A stretch of DNA of 63,263 nucleotides, counting the filler, from Folioceros fuciformis (Eukaryota), in the NCBI GenBank assembly GCA_049999805.1. It is 6 parts of 6 records of this genome, joined end to end, with 100 filler letters (N's around TTAATTAATTAA, not from the genome) between each part and the next. Parts side by side here need not be neighbours in the genome. Positions count along the whole stretch, not along the records: positions 1 to 31,288 come from JBNGIO010005915.1; 5 more parts are not named here. One strand, given 5' to 3'. Of this stretch, positions 11,710 to 25,366 are shown piece after piece. Each line of letters opens with the position of its first letter. Position 1 is the first letter of the stretch. The position numbers and the translations under genes were made by a program. A model generated the notes under the pieces. That model saw only the letters and a list, made by a program, of their open reading frames with translations, searched no databases and was not told the origin of the DNA.

Positions 11710-13887
11710 CTAAGATCGCCTTTTCTTCTTCCTGTGGATACAGTACGAAAGGAAATCGGCACACTGAACCCATTAACAGCCCAGAAGCAGACGCACTCTA
11801 CGTATGTGCCTGCCGTGTTTGGACAAGGTCATCTCACTTCAAAACGCATATCCAAATGATTCGCTAACGTACCTGCTGGGAGCCCGGGCTTCCATAAGTC
11901 CGCGCCGTTGCCAGCTTTTAAACCTTTCTCGTGTAAGGGTGTAGCAGGCCTGTCATGGGATCAGAGGAAGGTTACCTCAGAAGTCAGACACCTTGTAGTT
12001 TTACACAATCGGCAAACTGGAAACCAAGCTCCTTAAAAGTCTCAGATAACCTTCAGCTTCCGCAAAGACCCTGACACCTCCTCTGTTGTAAGTACTTGTA
12101 CGGGGTCTGCCACGAACCTACATGAAACACCACCCGCCAACTTACAGTAACTGCTAAAAGGTCACAGCACCCTGACCGCAAAAACGAACAAAAACTTCGA
12201 AAGAAGTACGTACTTGTGCCTGCCCAGAGGTGGGGGACCCAGCGCTCTTCTTTCCTCCCTAGAGACAATGCGCCTTATTCTGTGCCTCTCTTTGACTTCA
12301 TCTTGGGTCTCTAACTCTTCCAGCATCTCTGGCACCCTGCAATTCGCAAGTTCACTCATTTTAAAGACACATAACAGTAATAAACAAGGCCCAGGCTTTG
12401 CCACTTGTAGTATACCTGGCTATATCTTTCCGAATTTTCTTCTGATGCTCCTTCTCTGCTTCAACCCTTAACGCTTCCCTTCTTCTCTTCTTTTTGTTCA
12501 GATCCACCCGAGTCAATTTCTTAGCCTTCACCACCCTACACAAAAGTAAACAGTTCAAGAATCCCCAAATTATATTCGAACATCAACTTTCCTTTGCAAG
12601 TGAGTTTCTTAGTCCCCCACAAGATCATCAAAACAGGTAAACTGAAACGGATGTGTGTCATTCACAACACAAATTCAGCAGCAAATCTTGGATGTAATGT
12701 AACGGATCAAATACCTAGAGCCATCTCGTGCTGCATCATCGTCTGCTTCTTCATCATCGTCATCAAGGTCTACATCAAGAAACAGTGCCTAACAGCAACC
12801 TCTGTGAATTAGATAATATGATTAAGAATGGCCTCGAGAAAGACACAAAACATGTTAGCAATCACACTATGTTCCAACAGCATCATGCTCCGATCGTTAA
12901 GCGCAAGCGATAGTGGTTATAGCCTGGTACAAGCAGTGGTCTATAGCATTAAGAAAGTGCAAGCAATACCTCCTCCTCTGACACCATAGGCCCCTCAACA
13001 ATTCGAGGTACTGCCTCTGGCTGTAGAAGCCTGTGGTAGACCTTGCGCATCTCTTGTGCAACAGCAAGCCCAAGGACCTCCTGTCAACAAAGTGCACATG
13101 ACTTGTCAATAAAGATAACTCGATGTGAACATACCATCTGCAAAATCTTGCAATGAAAACTGAGGTATCACCCCACGATACTTGGAGCTCGGAGCAAGTA
13201 CCTGATGGTCATCAAACGTGGGGTTGTAAGAACACCCAGGAGCATCTACTTCAACTGCAGGAGCGATTACCCCAGACATTCGTTTTTTCTGCTTCTTCTC
13301 TTCACTGCCCCACATGTCGAGCATAGGGTCCTGCTGTTTCTGCACAGAAAAGCCGCTAACTGTCAAACTCCACGATCAGTCCGTCTAGCAATCAGTCCCG
13401 GAGACTACTCAGCAAACAATTCACCTACCCTAGCAACAGGAATTGGCAAACTTGGGGTCGATTTCCTTGGAGGCTTGGCCTGATCCTTCTCTTTCGATTT
13501 CTTACCACTTTTCTTCGAATTATGAACAGGAGGCATCAAAGACTTTCTCTCAAGTATGCTGTCACTATGGAGCACCTTCTTGCGACATTCATGAACTTTT
13601 CTGGCCAGCGAAACATCTGCTTCAGCACGCAGTCACCACGACGAATAAGCTACCATCAATCCCGTCGTACCTCTCCAACTCTCCACGAAGAACGTACAGC
13701 CGCTTCCAACAAGACGTCAAACAAAACACGAATCCGGCATCTACAGACCTCGACTCTTGTCAGTGAAGAACAGCGGGCCCGCGGCCTCGGCCGTCCCTCC
13801 CTCTCGGTCTGCTTCAGCTCTTTCGACAAGAAAGCGATCCAGGTCTCCCTCCGTGCTCTTCTGCAGCGCCGTCTTCACCTTCCCCAT
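11710..13887 (-). CDS. NOP53: Ribosome biogenesis protein NOP53 (multi-exon)
   Basis: Exon 1 MGKVKTALQK...LFFTDKSR then GT; internal AVEVDAPGCSYNPTFDDHQ; C-terminal PPPLGRHK, EEVSGSLRKLK and RERFKSWQRRGLME match the Nop53 family. A short last exon RKKKRRS* is inferred from a CAG acceptor near 11732. Confidence 0.85.
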
Positions 13888-14314
13888 TGTTTCAGGCCGT
13901 CCCTCACGGCCTACTCAGGCACCGCAGCTATGAATACCGCGGCCCCCTCATGAGAGAGCTCAGGTGGTCTGGAGGTATATATGTAGGTCGTTCACCGGGT
14001 TTTGGTTAACTATTTCAATCGAAAACCAAATATGTAAATATATGACGGACCAGATGAGGAGTCGTCATGTAATAGTCGCGACTGATATAGATTCTTCATA
14101 TACCTACTTAACTGGGTCAGGCAAAGCTGGCAGCTACTGAGACACTTCAAAAAATCCGAGCTCTTGTATGCATGGGGCTCGGCTGTTTGACGTAGGACGT
14201 GGATTGGTGCCGAGTGTCGAGACACAGAATTGCCAACTGCACAACCAGCCGATCAGGGGGGCAGTGTACCCCTATGCCGCTGCTGCGCTGAGAGCCCCAT
14301 CCAACACTTGGGCT

Positions 14315-17300
14315 ATGGCAGGGGTGCTGCAGCTCATTGACAGCAAGGGGGTCTTCAATGGCCCGGGCCTGGACGCTTTCATCCAGGCAGTGGATCTCTC
14401 CAGCTGTGGTCTTTCCTACGCTGTTGTGTCCATTATGGGACCGCAGAGCAGTGGTAGGGCATCATTCCTGTGTTGGATTGCCTGCTTGCTGGAGTGCTGG
14501 TGCAGGCTGTCGTTGATCTGCGGAATTGTGTAGTCTGATCTAGGGCATCATTCCTGTGTTGGATTGCCTGCTTGCTGGACTGCTGGTGCAGGCTGTCGTT
14601 GATCTGCGGAATTGTGTAGTCTGATCCGGCTGGTGGCGGCGGAGCAGGAGAGTCTTGCGTGTTTGGCTGGATCCGTTTCGTGATTGGACACCCTGGTGGG
14701 CTGTCAGTCGGGCTGTCTGAAGTTTTTCCAAATTGGATGTCGTTTGTTTCTGCTGTGCAGGTAAAAGCACCCTTTTGAATCATCTGTTCAGCACTCGGTT
14801 CACGGAAATGAATGCACTTAGTGGGAGGTTTGTACTGGGCCCTGGGCATTTCTGCCTGCGGTTTTTTGTCCCTCTATCGGTCACACAGACTCGTGGACTT
14901 GCAGAAGCCAGACCACTCAGGGTGTGTGGCTTGCAAGAGCATCCGGTATTGATCCTTGCACGCTCATTATGGATTTGGAAGGCACAGATGGAACAGAGCG
15001 AGGCGAGGTATTGCTCCTGGCAGAGGTCTCCACCATCGTCGATTTTCTCGTCTTCATCTTAGCGTATTTTCAATTCTAGGGGCCTAGGAGGTACACAGCG
15101 GCCTCTGATCAAAGTTGTTAGTGGAAGGTTGAGTATGGAACAGCTGCTTGTGTTATGTGTCCTCTTGCTAGATGCACTGCGTTGATATGGTTTGACGTTG
15201 TCTCAGGATGATACTGCCTTTGAGAAGCAAAGTTCACTTTTCGCACTGGCTGTTTCGGATATTGTGCTGATTAACATGTAAGCGTTTTCCCTCTTATCTA
15301 ATTTCTAAACGTCTGAATATCCTTGAGAAATTTGTGCCATCAGGCGGAGTTCTGCATCACTTTAAGAGGCTGGGGGTCGTTGGTTGAAAATTTTGATAGG
15401 TGGTGCCACGACATTGGTCGAGAACACGCAGCGAACAAACCGTTGTTGAAGACGGTCTTCCAGGTAATGGGATCCCTGTTCATACGTTAGCACGGAGTTT
15501 TGGAATACATTTGTGGATTACTATTCTGATATTCTATGCCACAATCTAGGTCATGATGCGCCTTTTCACCCCTCGGAGGACGACCTTGCTGTTTGTGATT
15601 CGTGACAAGACCAGAGTAAGTAAGCATTGCAAGATCACATTGTGTGGAAGTGCCATGGTGTAACGTTTCCATTTCCTTATGGGGTCGCTGATCATACAGA
15701 CTCCCTTGGAGGTATTGGACAGTAGCCTTCGGAGGGAAGTCCAAAAGGTATGTGGTCCTCAGTCAGGTTGGGCTGCCAGCACACGATGTCTCCCAAGAAG
15801 TTGCCCCTCATAGCTAATCATGTTTGTTTCGTTTCTTTCGAACTTGCAGATTTGGGACAGCGTTCCTAAACCTGAGATGCACCGTGAGACCCCTTTGACT
15901 GAGTTCTTCAATGTATGCCATATTGTGTAGTTGTGTAAAGAGGTTGTACTTTTGGGGTTTTCTTCCCTTGAGGTATGTGGTTGCCTTTATACTTCCAATG
16001 CATTTCTGGTTGACCAGATTGCAGTGACAGCGCTTTCAAATTATGAGGACAAAGAAGAGCAGTTTAAGGCAGAAGTAAGTTCTGCCTATTCATGAAAACA
16101 CGTGATCTCATGTGCGAGTGACAGCTGTCTGATTAAAGTGTAATCTTCTTTTCAGGTAGCCCAGCTCCGTCAGAGATTCTTTAACTCGATAGCACCAGGG
16201 GGTCTGGCGGGCGATAGGCAGGGAGTGGTGCCTGGAACAGGTTTCTCAGTCAGTACTCAGGCTATCTGGAGAGTTGTGAAGGAGAACAAAGATCTAGACC
16301 TGCCAACACATAAGGTTAGGAGTTGTGCTTGAGTATTATCCTCACTGTTTGATGTATACCCCTTGAGACATATTCCACCCATTGAGTGCCACGGTCGCGG
16401 GTGCTTTTTGTGAAAGCATGGGGTATTCAACACACGCAATGATGTTGTGAATTGCAGGTGATGGTTGCTACTGTTCGATGTGACGCCATTGCTGCTGAGA
16501 AGATTGCAAAATTAGGTGCAGACAAGGTAGCAATCCTTGTTTCTGGAAGAATTCGTCATGTGCCTGGAGTTTCAAGGACTATGCCAAGGGAATGACCTTT
16601 GATTTTGCTGTAGGAATGGCTGGACTTGTATGAGCATTCCATGCAAGGCCCTATTTCGGGTTTTGGTGAAAAGGCTACTAAGCTTCTTGTCGACCAGATA
16701 ACAGGGTATGTATTTCTTTTGGCCTTGCAATGTAATCTGTATGATTGTAGGAAACTCTTAAGCTGGCCTCTTCTATGCAGGTATGATCAGGAAGCTGCTT
16801 ATTTCGAAGAAAGTGTAAGAGGTGCAAAGCGCGATGAGCTCTTGTCGCATATCTTAGACGTAAGCAATAACTCCTCATTTTGTAGAGTAAACAGGAGTGA
16901 ATGTACGATGTTCTGCCCTTTTATGTTTATTTTGGCCTTCATCTGAGTTGTTTGTTGGGTTGTACACACCTTTCTTCCAGATGTTCCAGCCTGCACAAAA
17001 AGCTCTTGTGGGACATCACCGGGGTAGAGCTTTTAGTAGATTTAAGCAGGACCTAGCAGCTGCAGTGGCTCAACCGGATGGGACTCAGCATTTTGCAGCG
17101 TCAGTCCGGGGATGTGCAGCTGATGCCATGACTGATTTTGAAAGAGGCTCTGCAGGTATGAGGCATGCAATATCACGGTTTGGGGCCACTTTTCTTTGTC
17201 GTGGTGCGAATTTTCTCATTTTCGTTGGCACTGGCTGCAGACGCCCTCATAAGATGTACAGGGTGGCAAAAGGTCCAAGGGAGTTTCAAGTTATCAAAAA

Positions 17301-19163
17301 TAAGGGAACAGCTGCGAGCGGATCTGGAGGGCCATGCCGCTTCAGTACGGTCGGAGAAGCTTGCAGAGCTGATTTCTGGCGCTCAGGTATGAGTTCATTG
17401 TTGCCTATATGGGCAGCAGGGACACGGATGTTGCCAGCGAGTTGGTGGGTATCAACTGTTTGCTCGGCTTGTCTTTTTTGCAGAAGCGTCTTGAGCATGT
17501 TTTAGTCATTCCAACTGCATCGCTTCTGCAAGCTGGCAGCCCAGAAGCTTGGTCTTCTATAAGGAATCTACTCGCACAACAGACGGACAATGCTGTGAGA
17601 GATTTGAGTGCCGCCCTAACTGGATTTGAGATGGACAAGGAGGAAGAATTCACGATACTTGCTGACCTGAAAGACTTTGCCACAAGTATTGTGAAGAGGA
17701 AAGCACAAGGAGAAGCAGGAAATGCACTGGCACACATGAATTACAGGTATTCTCAGAACCGAAATCGCATCATGTTATGATCATGACAGTTGAGTCAGCG
17801 ACCTTGGTCTGCTTGTGATTTCTCCATGATATGTGGGGCTTCTCGTTTGTAGGTTCAACCATATTTTCAGCCAAGATGCCGATGGTATTCCAAGGGTGTG
17901 GTCAGCTCAAGATGATGTTAAAGCAATTACCAGGGAGGCTCGTTGGGCTGTAAGTGGGCTTTTTTGATCGTATCCCCAGTTTGTCCATAAGGATCTATGC
18001 ACATTGCAATGTAGGTCTGTTATATTGATGGTGACGGCTGATGGCAACTGCCCCCCTCAGGCTTTGAAGTTGCTTTCTGTGCTGGCGGCACTCCGCTTGG
18101 AGGAGGGTGTAGATGAGGTTGAGGCTGCATTGTCCCAGCTGCTTGGTGACAGCTCAGCAGAACCGAGCGTAAGTGGCAGCAAGGCATCCCCTGATTTAGA
18201 AGTATCGGACGTCTTGTCTGCGAGCACATGGGAGGGGGTACCTGACATAACCTGTATCTGTGAATTAAAGCTGATGCTGCGTGAATGTATTTTGTTGTTT
18301 GTTCTGACTTCTGTTCAACCGTGCCTTAGATTTCTTCTGAAAGTACCCTTATCACCCCCGTTCAATGTAAAGCTCTGTGGAGGCAATTCAAAAGCGATAC
18401 TCAATATGCCATCAGTCAGGCCGTACTGGCACAGGTCGGTTAGAATGAAGTGTCCTTAAATGTTTGTGCCGGACAGTGGGTCTGTTGTTTTGGATCTCAC
18501 TTTTTATTTGTTTTAACTTCAGGAGGCGAATAAGCAGAGGAACAGGTCATCGCTCCCTCCTATGTGGGCTATCCTGGCGATGATGATTCTTGGGTTTAAT
18601 GAGTTCATGACTCTACTCAGGTAATTGCTGACTTCTTATCCATCATGAAAGGCGCTACCGTCACGAACTGTACATTATTGAGACTAAATTTCTGTTGCGC
18701 AGAAATCCCTTGTACTTGGGGATCATCTTCATTTCGTATCTCTTTGGGAAGGCTGTATGGGTTCAACTCGACATTGCCAGAGAATTTGAAGCTGGCTTGG
18801 TCCGTAAGAAAATCCATTTCCCCAGTGCTTTGTAATGTTGAAACTGAGGCCTCAAGCGCCTCAGCCTCAGTCTGGTTTCCAGGGTTCTTATGGGTCCCTC
18901 TTCATCTTTGGCAGGTTCCAGGAATCATTTCCGTGACATCAAAACTGCTGCCTACTTTAATGAAGATTCTAAAGAAGCTTGCGGAAGAAGGACAGCAAAG
19001 GGCTGGCGACACCGAAACAAACCGCGCACGGCCGGGAGGGCATTCGGCAGGCTTGTCTCCCGCGCACTCTTCCAACACAACCGTAAGTACTGTCAGCAAT
19101 GGTATCGAGCCCCCTTCGAGTGCTTTGAGACAACGGCAGCACGCGTCTGCGTTGAGTACTTGA
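14315..19163 (+). CDS. RHD3: ROOT HAIR DEFECTIVE 3 / Sey1 atlastin-like ER fusion GTPase (multi-exon)
   Basis: LQLID..., P-loop [83 protein letters not shown], transmembrane region [23 protein letters not shown] introns. Confidence 0.97.
14456..14627. repeat. Near-perfect ~85-bp tandem duplication in RHD3 intron 1
   Basis: TAGGGCATCATTCCTGTGTTGGATTGCC...GTGTAGTCTGATC occurs twice back to back (from 14456 and 14541) with about one mismatch. Confidence 0.92.
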
Positions 19164-19290
19164 TCTCTGGGTTTCGGCATGTAAACTTTTAGAGACTATC
19201 GATTTTGTGAAGAGTATGTACCATCGTGCTGCACAAAAGACGGAAATCGTCCGTCACGCCCGATTTTTTAAATTCAACGATGCAAGGAGT

Positions 19291-20888
19291 TCATTGAGCT
19301 CGGACGCCGCAAAGAGTCTTCCCATCTGCCTCCTCGATTTCCACATCACTCTCACTGTCAAAGTCGTCATCATCCCATAGCATATCAGAGGGATCGTCGT
19401 CTACCGGTCCTGAGTCACCTTCGTCCAAGCTCGAAGCTGCTACGTCGGGGGCCTTTGCTAGCTGATTCACAGACTCGTCCTCTACAGACGCCTGTGCGGC
19501 TTCGAGTGCTCCTGCCTTGGCCAGCAGCCTCCGTTCCCTCTTCAACCGTTCCTTTTCCAGTTTCTTTGCCACCCGTCCATTGTCTATCATGGTTCCCACC
19601 CATGCCTGTACTTCCAGGAAAGGATCCACCTCCACAAGCTCAGACATCTTGTAAGCGTCTCGTAAGAAGACAGTCTCAGTGGAGTTCTTCAAGGATACAT
19701 AGAAGATCTCAGGATGTTGAATGAATATGGACCTAGTTTGCTTGGTGTAACGGAAGAGCTTTCTGTAATGAGCAAGACGGTCTATGACCACCCTCTTCCG
19801 CAGTGTGAGGCTCAGCAACTCGTGCAGCACACCCACAGCGTGCCGCTCTGCCTCCACTGACCGGGGCTCCAGTTCATGCACTCGGTCGAAGTAGGGTGAG
19901 ACAGAAGGAGCCTGATGAAACTCAACAATCTCCTGCACATGCTTTTTTTTCAGATTGCTCTTGTTTCTGAAAGATGACCAGTTCACCCAATTTTCGGGCT
20001 TCTTGGTGGTGACATCCTCCCCGGATTCCACACTCTGCTTTTCAGCAACCGCCGTGGCGGCCAGCATCCTCTCGAAGGCGGACACTGCCAATTCCGGGTC
20101 CCACTCCGTGAGTTCCAATTCAGGCCCGTACGTGGACTCCACGACGCGGAAATACTCCGGATGATTCATCACCAGGTTGATCCTGAAGTCCTCCGGAAGA
20201 CCAAGATCTCTCTTAAGCTGCGCAAACACTTCCAGGGAAAGCCGCCTTCCGGGTGACATCATCAAAATCTTCCTCAACTTGTCCACCAACTGCCCCTCAT
20301 TCTCGGCCCAGAACTCCTTCTCTTTCTGCACATGTCCAAGAGCTTCGGGCGTGAAGGTGAACCACGAAACAGCTGTACCTCGGTCGTGCACCTGTCGGAG
20401 GTCAGGACCAAAATAAGCACCACTCAATCAGCATCGGCATGCATGCGCAACTCCAGCTTTACAAGGCAATGCAACCAAGCCATCCCTCCCACCTGGAACA
20501 CATCAGGGTACTTGTTCAGCCAAGCAGCCGGCCTGTTCCTGTCTCCACAGGTGCCGATAAAACGCTTGTAGCTCCCCAACCGGGCCACGGGCATCTGCAT
20601 CCCCGGCATACTGGCCAAAATGTCCTTCATGGCCATCACATATTGCACATTCTTGTCCCTCTCCACCACACTGTCCAGAGACAGGTCCTTGTGCCACTTC
20701 TCCCTGTCTGCCTTGGGCCATGTGCTGGGCCCATGCAGATTGGGCCTCTTCTTCGACCTCCTCTTGGCAAAACCTCGCACCTGGAGGACCGCACAACGTC
20801 CTCCGTTTTCAGCGAAAGCCACGCATTTCTGAAGGGCGTCACGGCCCGCTTCCCTCACCGACTGCAGCAGCAACGCCCGCGCGATCAT
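19291..20888 (-). CDS. PORR (plant organelle RNA recognition) domain protein, 2 exons (20888-20493, 20391-19291)
   Basis: KDLSLDSVVERDK, WLNKYPDVFQ, KLRKILMMS, RDLGLPEDF, LELTEWDPELAVS, SPY, AERHAVGVLHELLSLT, HPEIFYVSLK, TVFLRDAY; transit-peptide-like N-terminus; acidic tail; GT-AG intron 20492-20392. Confidence 0.92.
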
Positions 20889-21364
20889 GGACGCCTGTAA
20901 GCATAAACCCTGAACCTCTTAGGCGTCAAACCGCATAACATGCACCTTTTCTCTGTTTGAGACGATCCAGTGCAGTGAACTTACGTCACTCCCCGTGTTT
21001 GGTGCTATGTTTTGTATGTGCAAAGACAAATTGCAGGTAAGAATGCCTTTACATGCCTACATGTACATACTGTACATACCATACCATACAAGGAGCACGA
21101 TCCAGATACATGTGTACATAAGCACACCGGCCGAGAGGGTTTGCAGGATGGTCGATACAGGAAACTGCCAGCCTCGTCTCGATCGGCCGCGATTGGTCTA
21201 TTTGAAAGAAAGAACGGAAGGAAGGAAGGCTGAGGATGATCGATTCGTGATTTTGCTCACGGGTCTGGCCCAGCGCCTGTAAGAATCGGGCCACTTCGTA
21301 ATTACAGCTTCCACAGAACCGAGACGCTTATCAGGCGGGGCCAGACTCCTGTGAATCAAGCTAC

Positions 21365-24300
21365 ATGGCGCAGCTTCCCAGCTTGGACAATGCACCCATC
21401 AACTTCGCTTCGCTGCGGTGAGCATCTTGGCTGCATACTGGTGGGATTTGACGACTCGCTGTACACCCGTTTTGAGCGATTGGAGCGTGCACGGGATGTT
21501 GCAGGGAACAAGCGCAGAAGGACCTCGTGGACATCCTGGATTCAGTGGGTGCTTCTCCAGCTACATCTCCGCTCTAGCTGGTGGTTGAGCTTGGGTTGTA
21601 GAGCGTGTCCAGGACCTTCTGTGATGTGGGCTTGCGCTGAATTGTGCCAGGTGCGCGGGAAGAAAGTTTTGGTGCTGGACCAGAAGCTGAGCGGGTCTCT
21701 GGCTCTCGTTGCGCAGATTTCGCTCTTGAAGGTGGGGGTTGTGACGGATTTATTCAGCTTTGGTTATCCCGTGGTTGCCTGCTCACCCGTCTCCCGGGGC
21801 TCGGATCGTCTTTTGCAGGAGCACGGAGTGGAGAATTTGTATCATCTCACAGAAAAGCCAGTCCAGACAGAATGCAAGAATGTGGTGTATCTCGTCCGAC
21901 CTCGGATGAAACTCATGAAGTTTATAGCTGCGCATATCCAGGATGACCATCAGCAGGCGTTACAGAGGCAGTATTCTCTGATTTTCTTGCCCCGCCGGAC
22001 GATCGTGTGTGAGAAGGTGACTTGCCTTGCTTCTGGAAGTGGTTATTGGATACTGTCACCACACGTAGGTGGATCACAACATGGTTGGAGATTTATGCAG
22101 ATATTAGAGGACCAAGGCGTGCATGGCGCTGTCACTATTGGAGAATTCCCTTTGTACATGATACCCTTTGATGATGATGTTTTGTCCCTGGAGCTTGATC
22201 AGACTGCCAGAGTAAGTCCATCGTTAGGCTCCAACATGATCCTGAAGGTACCAGGAGGCTGAAAGATACTACGGGCCTCACGTTTCTTTGCGGTGACAGG
22301 AAACTCAGGTGGAAGGGGATACGAGTGCTCTCTGGCATGTCGCTCGTGCTATTAACAAACTTCAGGTGAGATGAGTCATCTGTGTCATCTTGAACGTTGG
22401 TTGCACTGGTTAGGGTTATGGTAGACGTCTTCCTGCTGCCCTTGGATCCCAATGCAGATGCTTCAGAGTTTGTGATCTTTGACCTTGAAGGAAATCCGGT
22501 GTACAAAAGTGAGATACAGTGCACATCACAACGAGTGGTCAATGTCAAGCATCACAGACCGTGTGTTAGGTGTGTTATATCAGGTTCCTTATGTTTTTGT
22601 TGTGCAGTCGAACTTTGGAGCAATCCCGAATATACGGGGGAAGGGAAGTGCAGCAGCTCAGGTTGCTAGCATACTCAACCGAATGCAGCGGGAGCAACCT
22701 GTGTCCTCTCAGACTGTAAGAGACTAAGCATCTTGTTGTTTGTTGCAACAACCATCGAGAATAGAGAATCTCAGCATTGTGGTTGCGATTTTTCTCTATT
22801 TTGTGATGTGAATTGTTGCTGTTTCTGTGTACGTAGGCAGGCCCACCTGAAATAGATACATTAATCCTTTTGGATCGACAGGTCAGGGCACCAAAACCTG
22901 TCAGCCATGGAATCATTGAGCTGTATGAGTTTTTGTGTTAGATTAGAGACGTCAGTTCCTGATGTAATTGCATTCTGTGTACGCTTTCTGGTTCTTTCAT
23001 GCAGGTTGACATGGTGACGCCTATGTGTTTACAGCTTACGTATGAAGGTCTCATTGATGAGGTATCGGTTCCCTGATGAGATGATTGTCGAAAGATGTCA
23101 CTCACGTCCTGAGAAGGTTTCAATCCCTTGAGCTTGTAAATGTGCACATGTCTAATACTGTAGCCTGTGTGCAGTTCTTGGGCATCAACAATGGAGCTGT
23201 GGAGGTTGAATCATCTATCGTTGGAGGTAAAGAGGGTACTAAGAAGGTGAAAGTGCCTCTGAACTCCAAGTAAGAACCAGCTTGTTGATGGTGGTGCATT
23301 GAGTCCTTCCATATTGTGTGGAGCCGTGGAACAGGTCTCATATTGGTGTTTTGGATTTTGCAGTGACAAAATGTTCAGAGAGCTGCGAGATCTTAATTTC
23401 AGTGTTGTTGGCCAGGTACGTTTGCTGGTGAATGATGCCCTTGACATTGCCCGCTCCTGTGCGTCTGCAGAATGTGGAGGATGTCCTCTTGATATGAGAT
23501 TTGTTAAGAAAGCTATTTGATTGTGCAAGGTTATAGGTTTTGCGGCAAAAAGTCACCATGATTCAGAATGACTACACAGGCATGCAACAGGTAATTGTTT
23601 CCTCTGGCAGTCTGTGTTGCATGGCCGGCGAATGGTAAAAGCAGTGTCTAGCTGTTGGACCCGTGTGCTTAGGATTCCTGATGGTTCAGTTACTGATTGA
23701 TTCCTTGATGCAGAGTGGTCAAAATCAATCGGTGTCAGAACTCAAGGACTTCGTCAAAAAGCTGAATTACCTTCCAGAGCTGACAGTGAGTTCCTGTAGT
23801 CAATTAGATTTGTGCAAAATTTCCTTCATGCAACGTTGTGGTCACCTTGTGGGATTGATTTTTCTGGTGTAGAAACACACAGGCATTGCCCAGCATCTGT
23901 CGACCAGTACAAGCAAGCAAAAGTTTTTAGGGCAGCTCAACATAGAGCAAACCATGGTGGAAGGTCAAAACTACGACAGGTATTGAGTCCTTCTATCTTT
24001 GACAATGGCTTTGTAGAACAGATTTGCCGTCTACATTACGAGGTTAGACTTCATCTAGAGGCGCATTGACATCCAGGACCTCCCGGGAGGTGTTTGTGTT
24101 TTCATTAGTGCGTTTGAGTACGTGGAGGAGCAGATTTTTAAGCAGGAGCCAGTTATCAGGGTGCTCCGGTTGCTGGTGTTGTTATCTTTGACCCACAGTG
24201 GTATACCAAAAAAGCACTTCGACTACATAAGGTATCCTGTGATTCGACTGTTGTTCTTATTGACCTGTTGTTGAGCATTTATAGATCCATAGAGCTTGGG

Positions 24301-25366
24301 TCAGCTGCAGTCGCTTGAGTGTGGGGGACTTCCTGCAGACGTGAGTTTCTTCACAGCTATGGCTTTGAGCATTTCTTAACTCTAGGGAGCCTGGAGAAAG
24401 CTGGTCTGTTCAAAAGACAGGTGAGGGACTAATGCTCTGTTTGTCATAGTCTTTTGGTGCTTTCGTGTGCCGAATGTGAATGCGGTTTTCTATCCAGGAT
24501 CCCAAGAACAACTGGCAACTTATCAGAAGAGCACTGAGGCTAGCAGTAGAAGATGGTGACGATGCCAAGTGGGTCTCTCACGCTGCCCTGCTTTGTTTCA
24601 GCCATCTCGTCCCAGAAGGCTAATATCTATTTTATTGTTATGGTAGTCCGACAGACATCTCATACGTCTTCTCTGGTTATGCTCCTTTGAGCATCAGGCT
24701 GGTCCAACAAGCTCTGAAAGGAGGCTGGTACGTATCTGCACTCCACGTAGGCTCTTGCTCGGGCTCACACATCTCCTAGCTCCATAACTGACCCAGACTT
24801 TCAGGCAACCAATTGCAGACACTCTGCGGTTGATTCCAGGTCCGAGCTTCGAGCACAGACAGGTATTGCAAGGGAGCTGTCCGACTTCACTTGCCCTCGT
24901 AACCTCTCTTCTAACAACCACTACCATCTTACAGGGAGGATCTGGAAACGGTTACGCCGAGAGCTCCTCCTCCTTGGAAACGTCATCTCAGGACAGGTGG
25001 CTCCTGGAAACCCTTTGAGAATAGCCCCCATCGTCTGCTTGATCCCAGTTAATATTTGAGCTGACGGAAACTGCATATGACAGTGGAGCTGCAAACACCG
25101 GCAGGCGGCTGTTAGTCCTTGTGGTCTTCATCGGCGGAGTGACGTTCGCTGAAATATCAGCCCTCCGCTTCCTGAGTGCCCAGGTACGAAGTAATTCCAA
25201 ACTCTGACTGATGGATCCTGATTCTGCATTTCGGGACTCTAATCCTCCCCGTCGTTTGTTTCTGCTCGAAATGCAGGAAGGCATGAAGTACGACCTCATT
25301 GTGGCAACGACAAAGCTCACGAACGGATCTAACCTAATTCAGTCATTTGTGGAGGACTTCGTGTGA
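21365..25366 (+). CDS. VPS33: Vacuolar protein sorting 33, Sec1/Munc18 family (multi-exon)
   Basis: [119 protein letters not shown] at 25364-25366. Confidence 0.96.
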
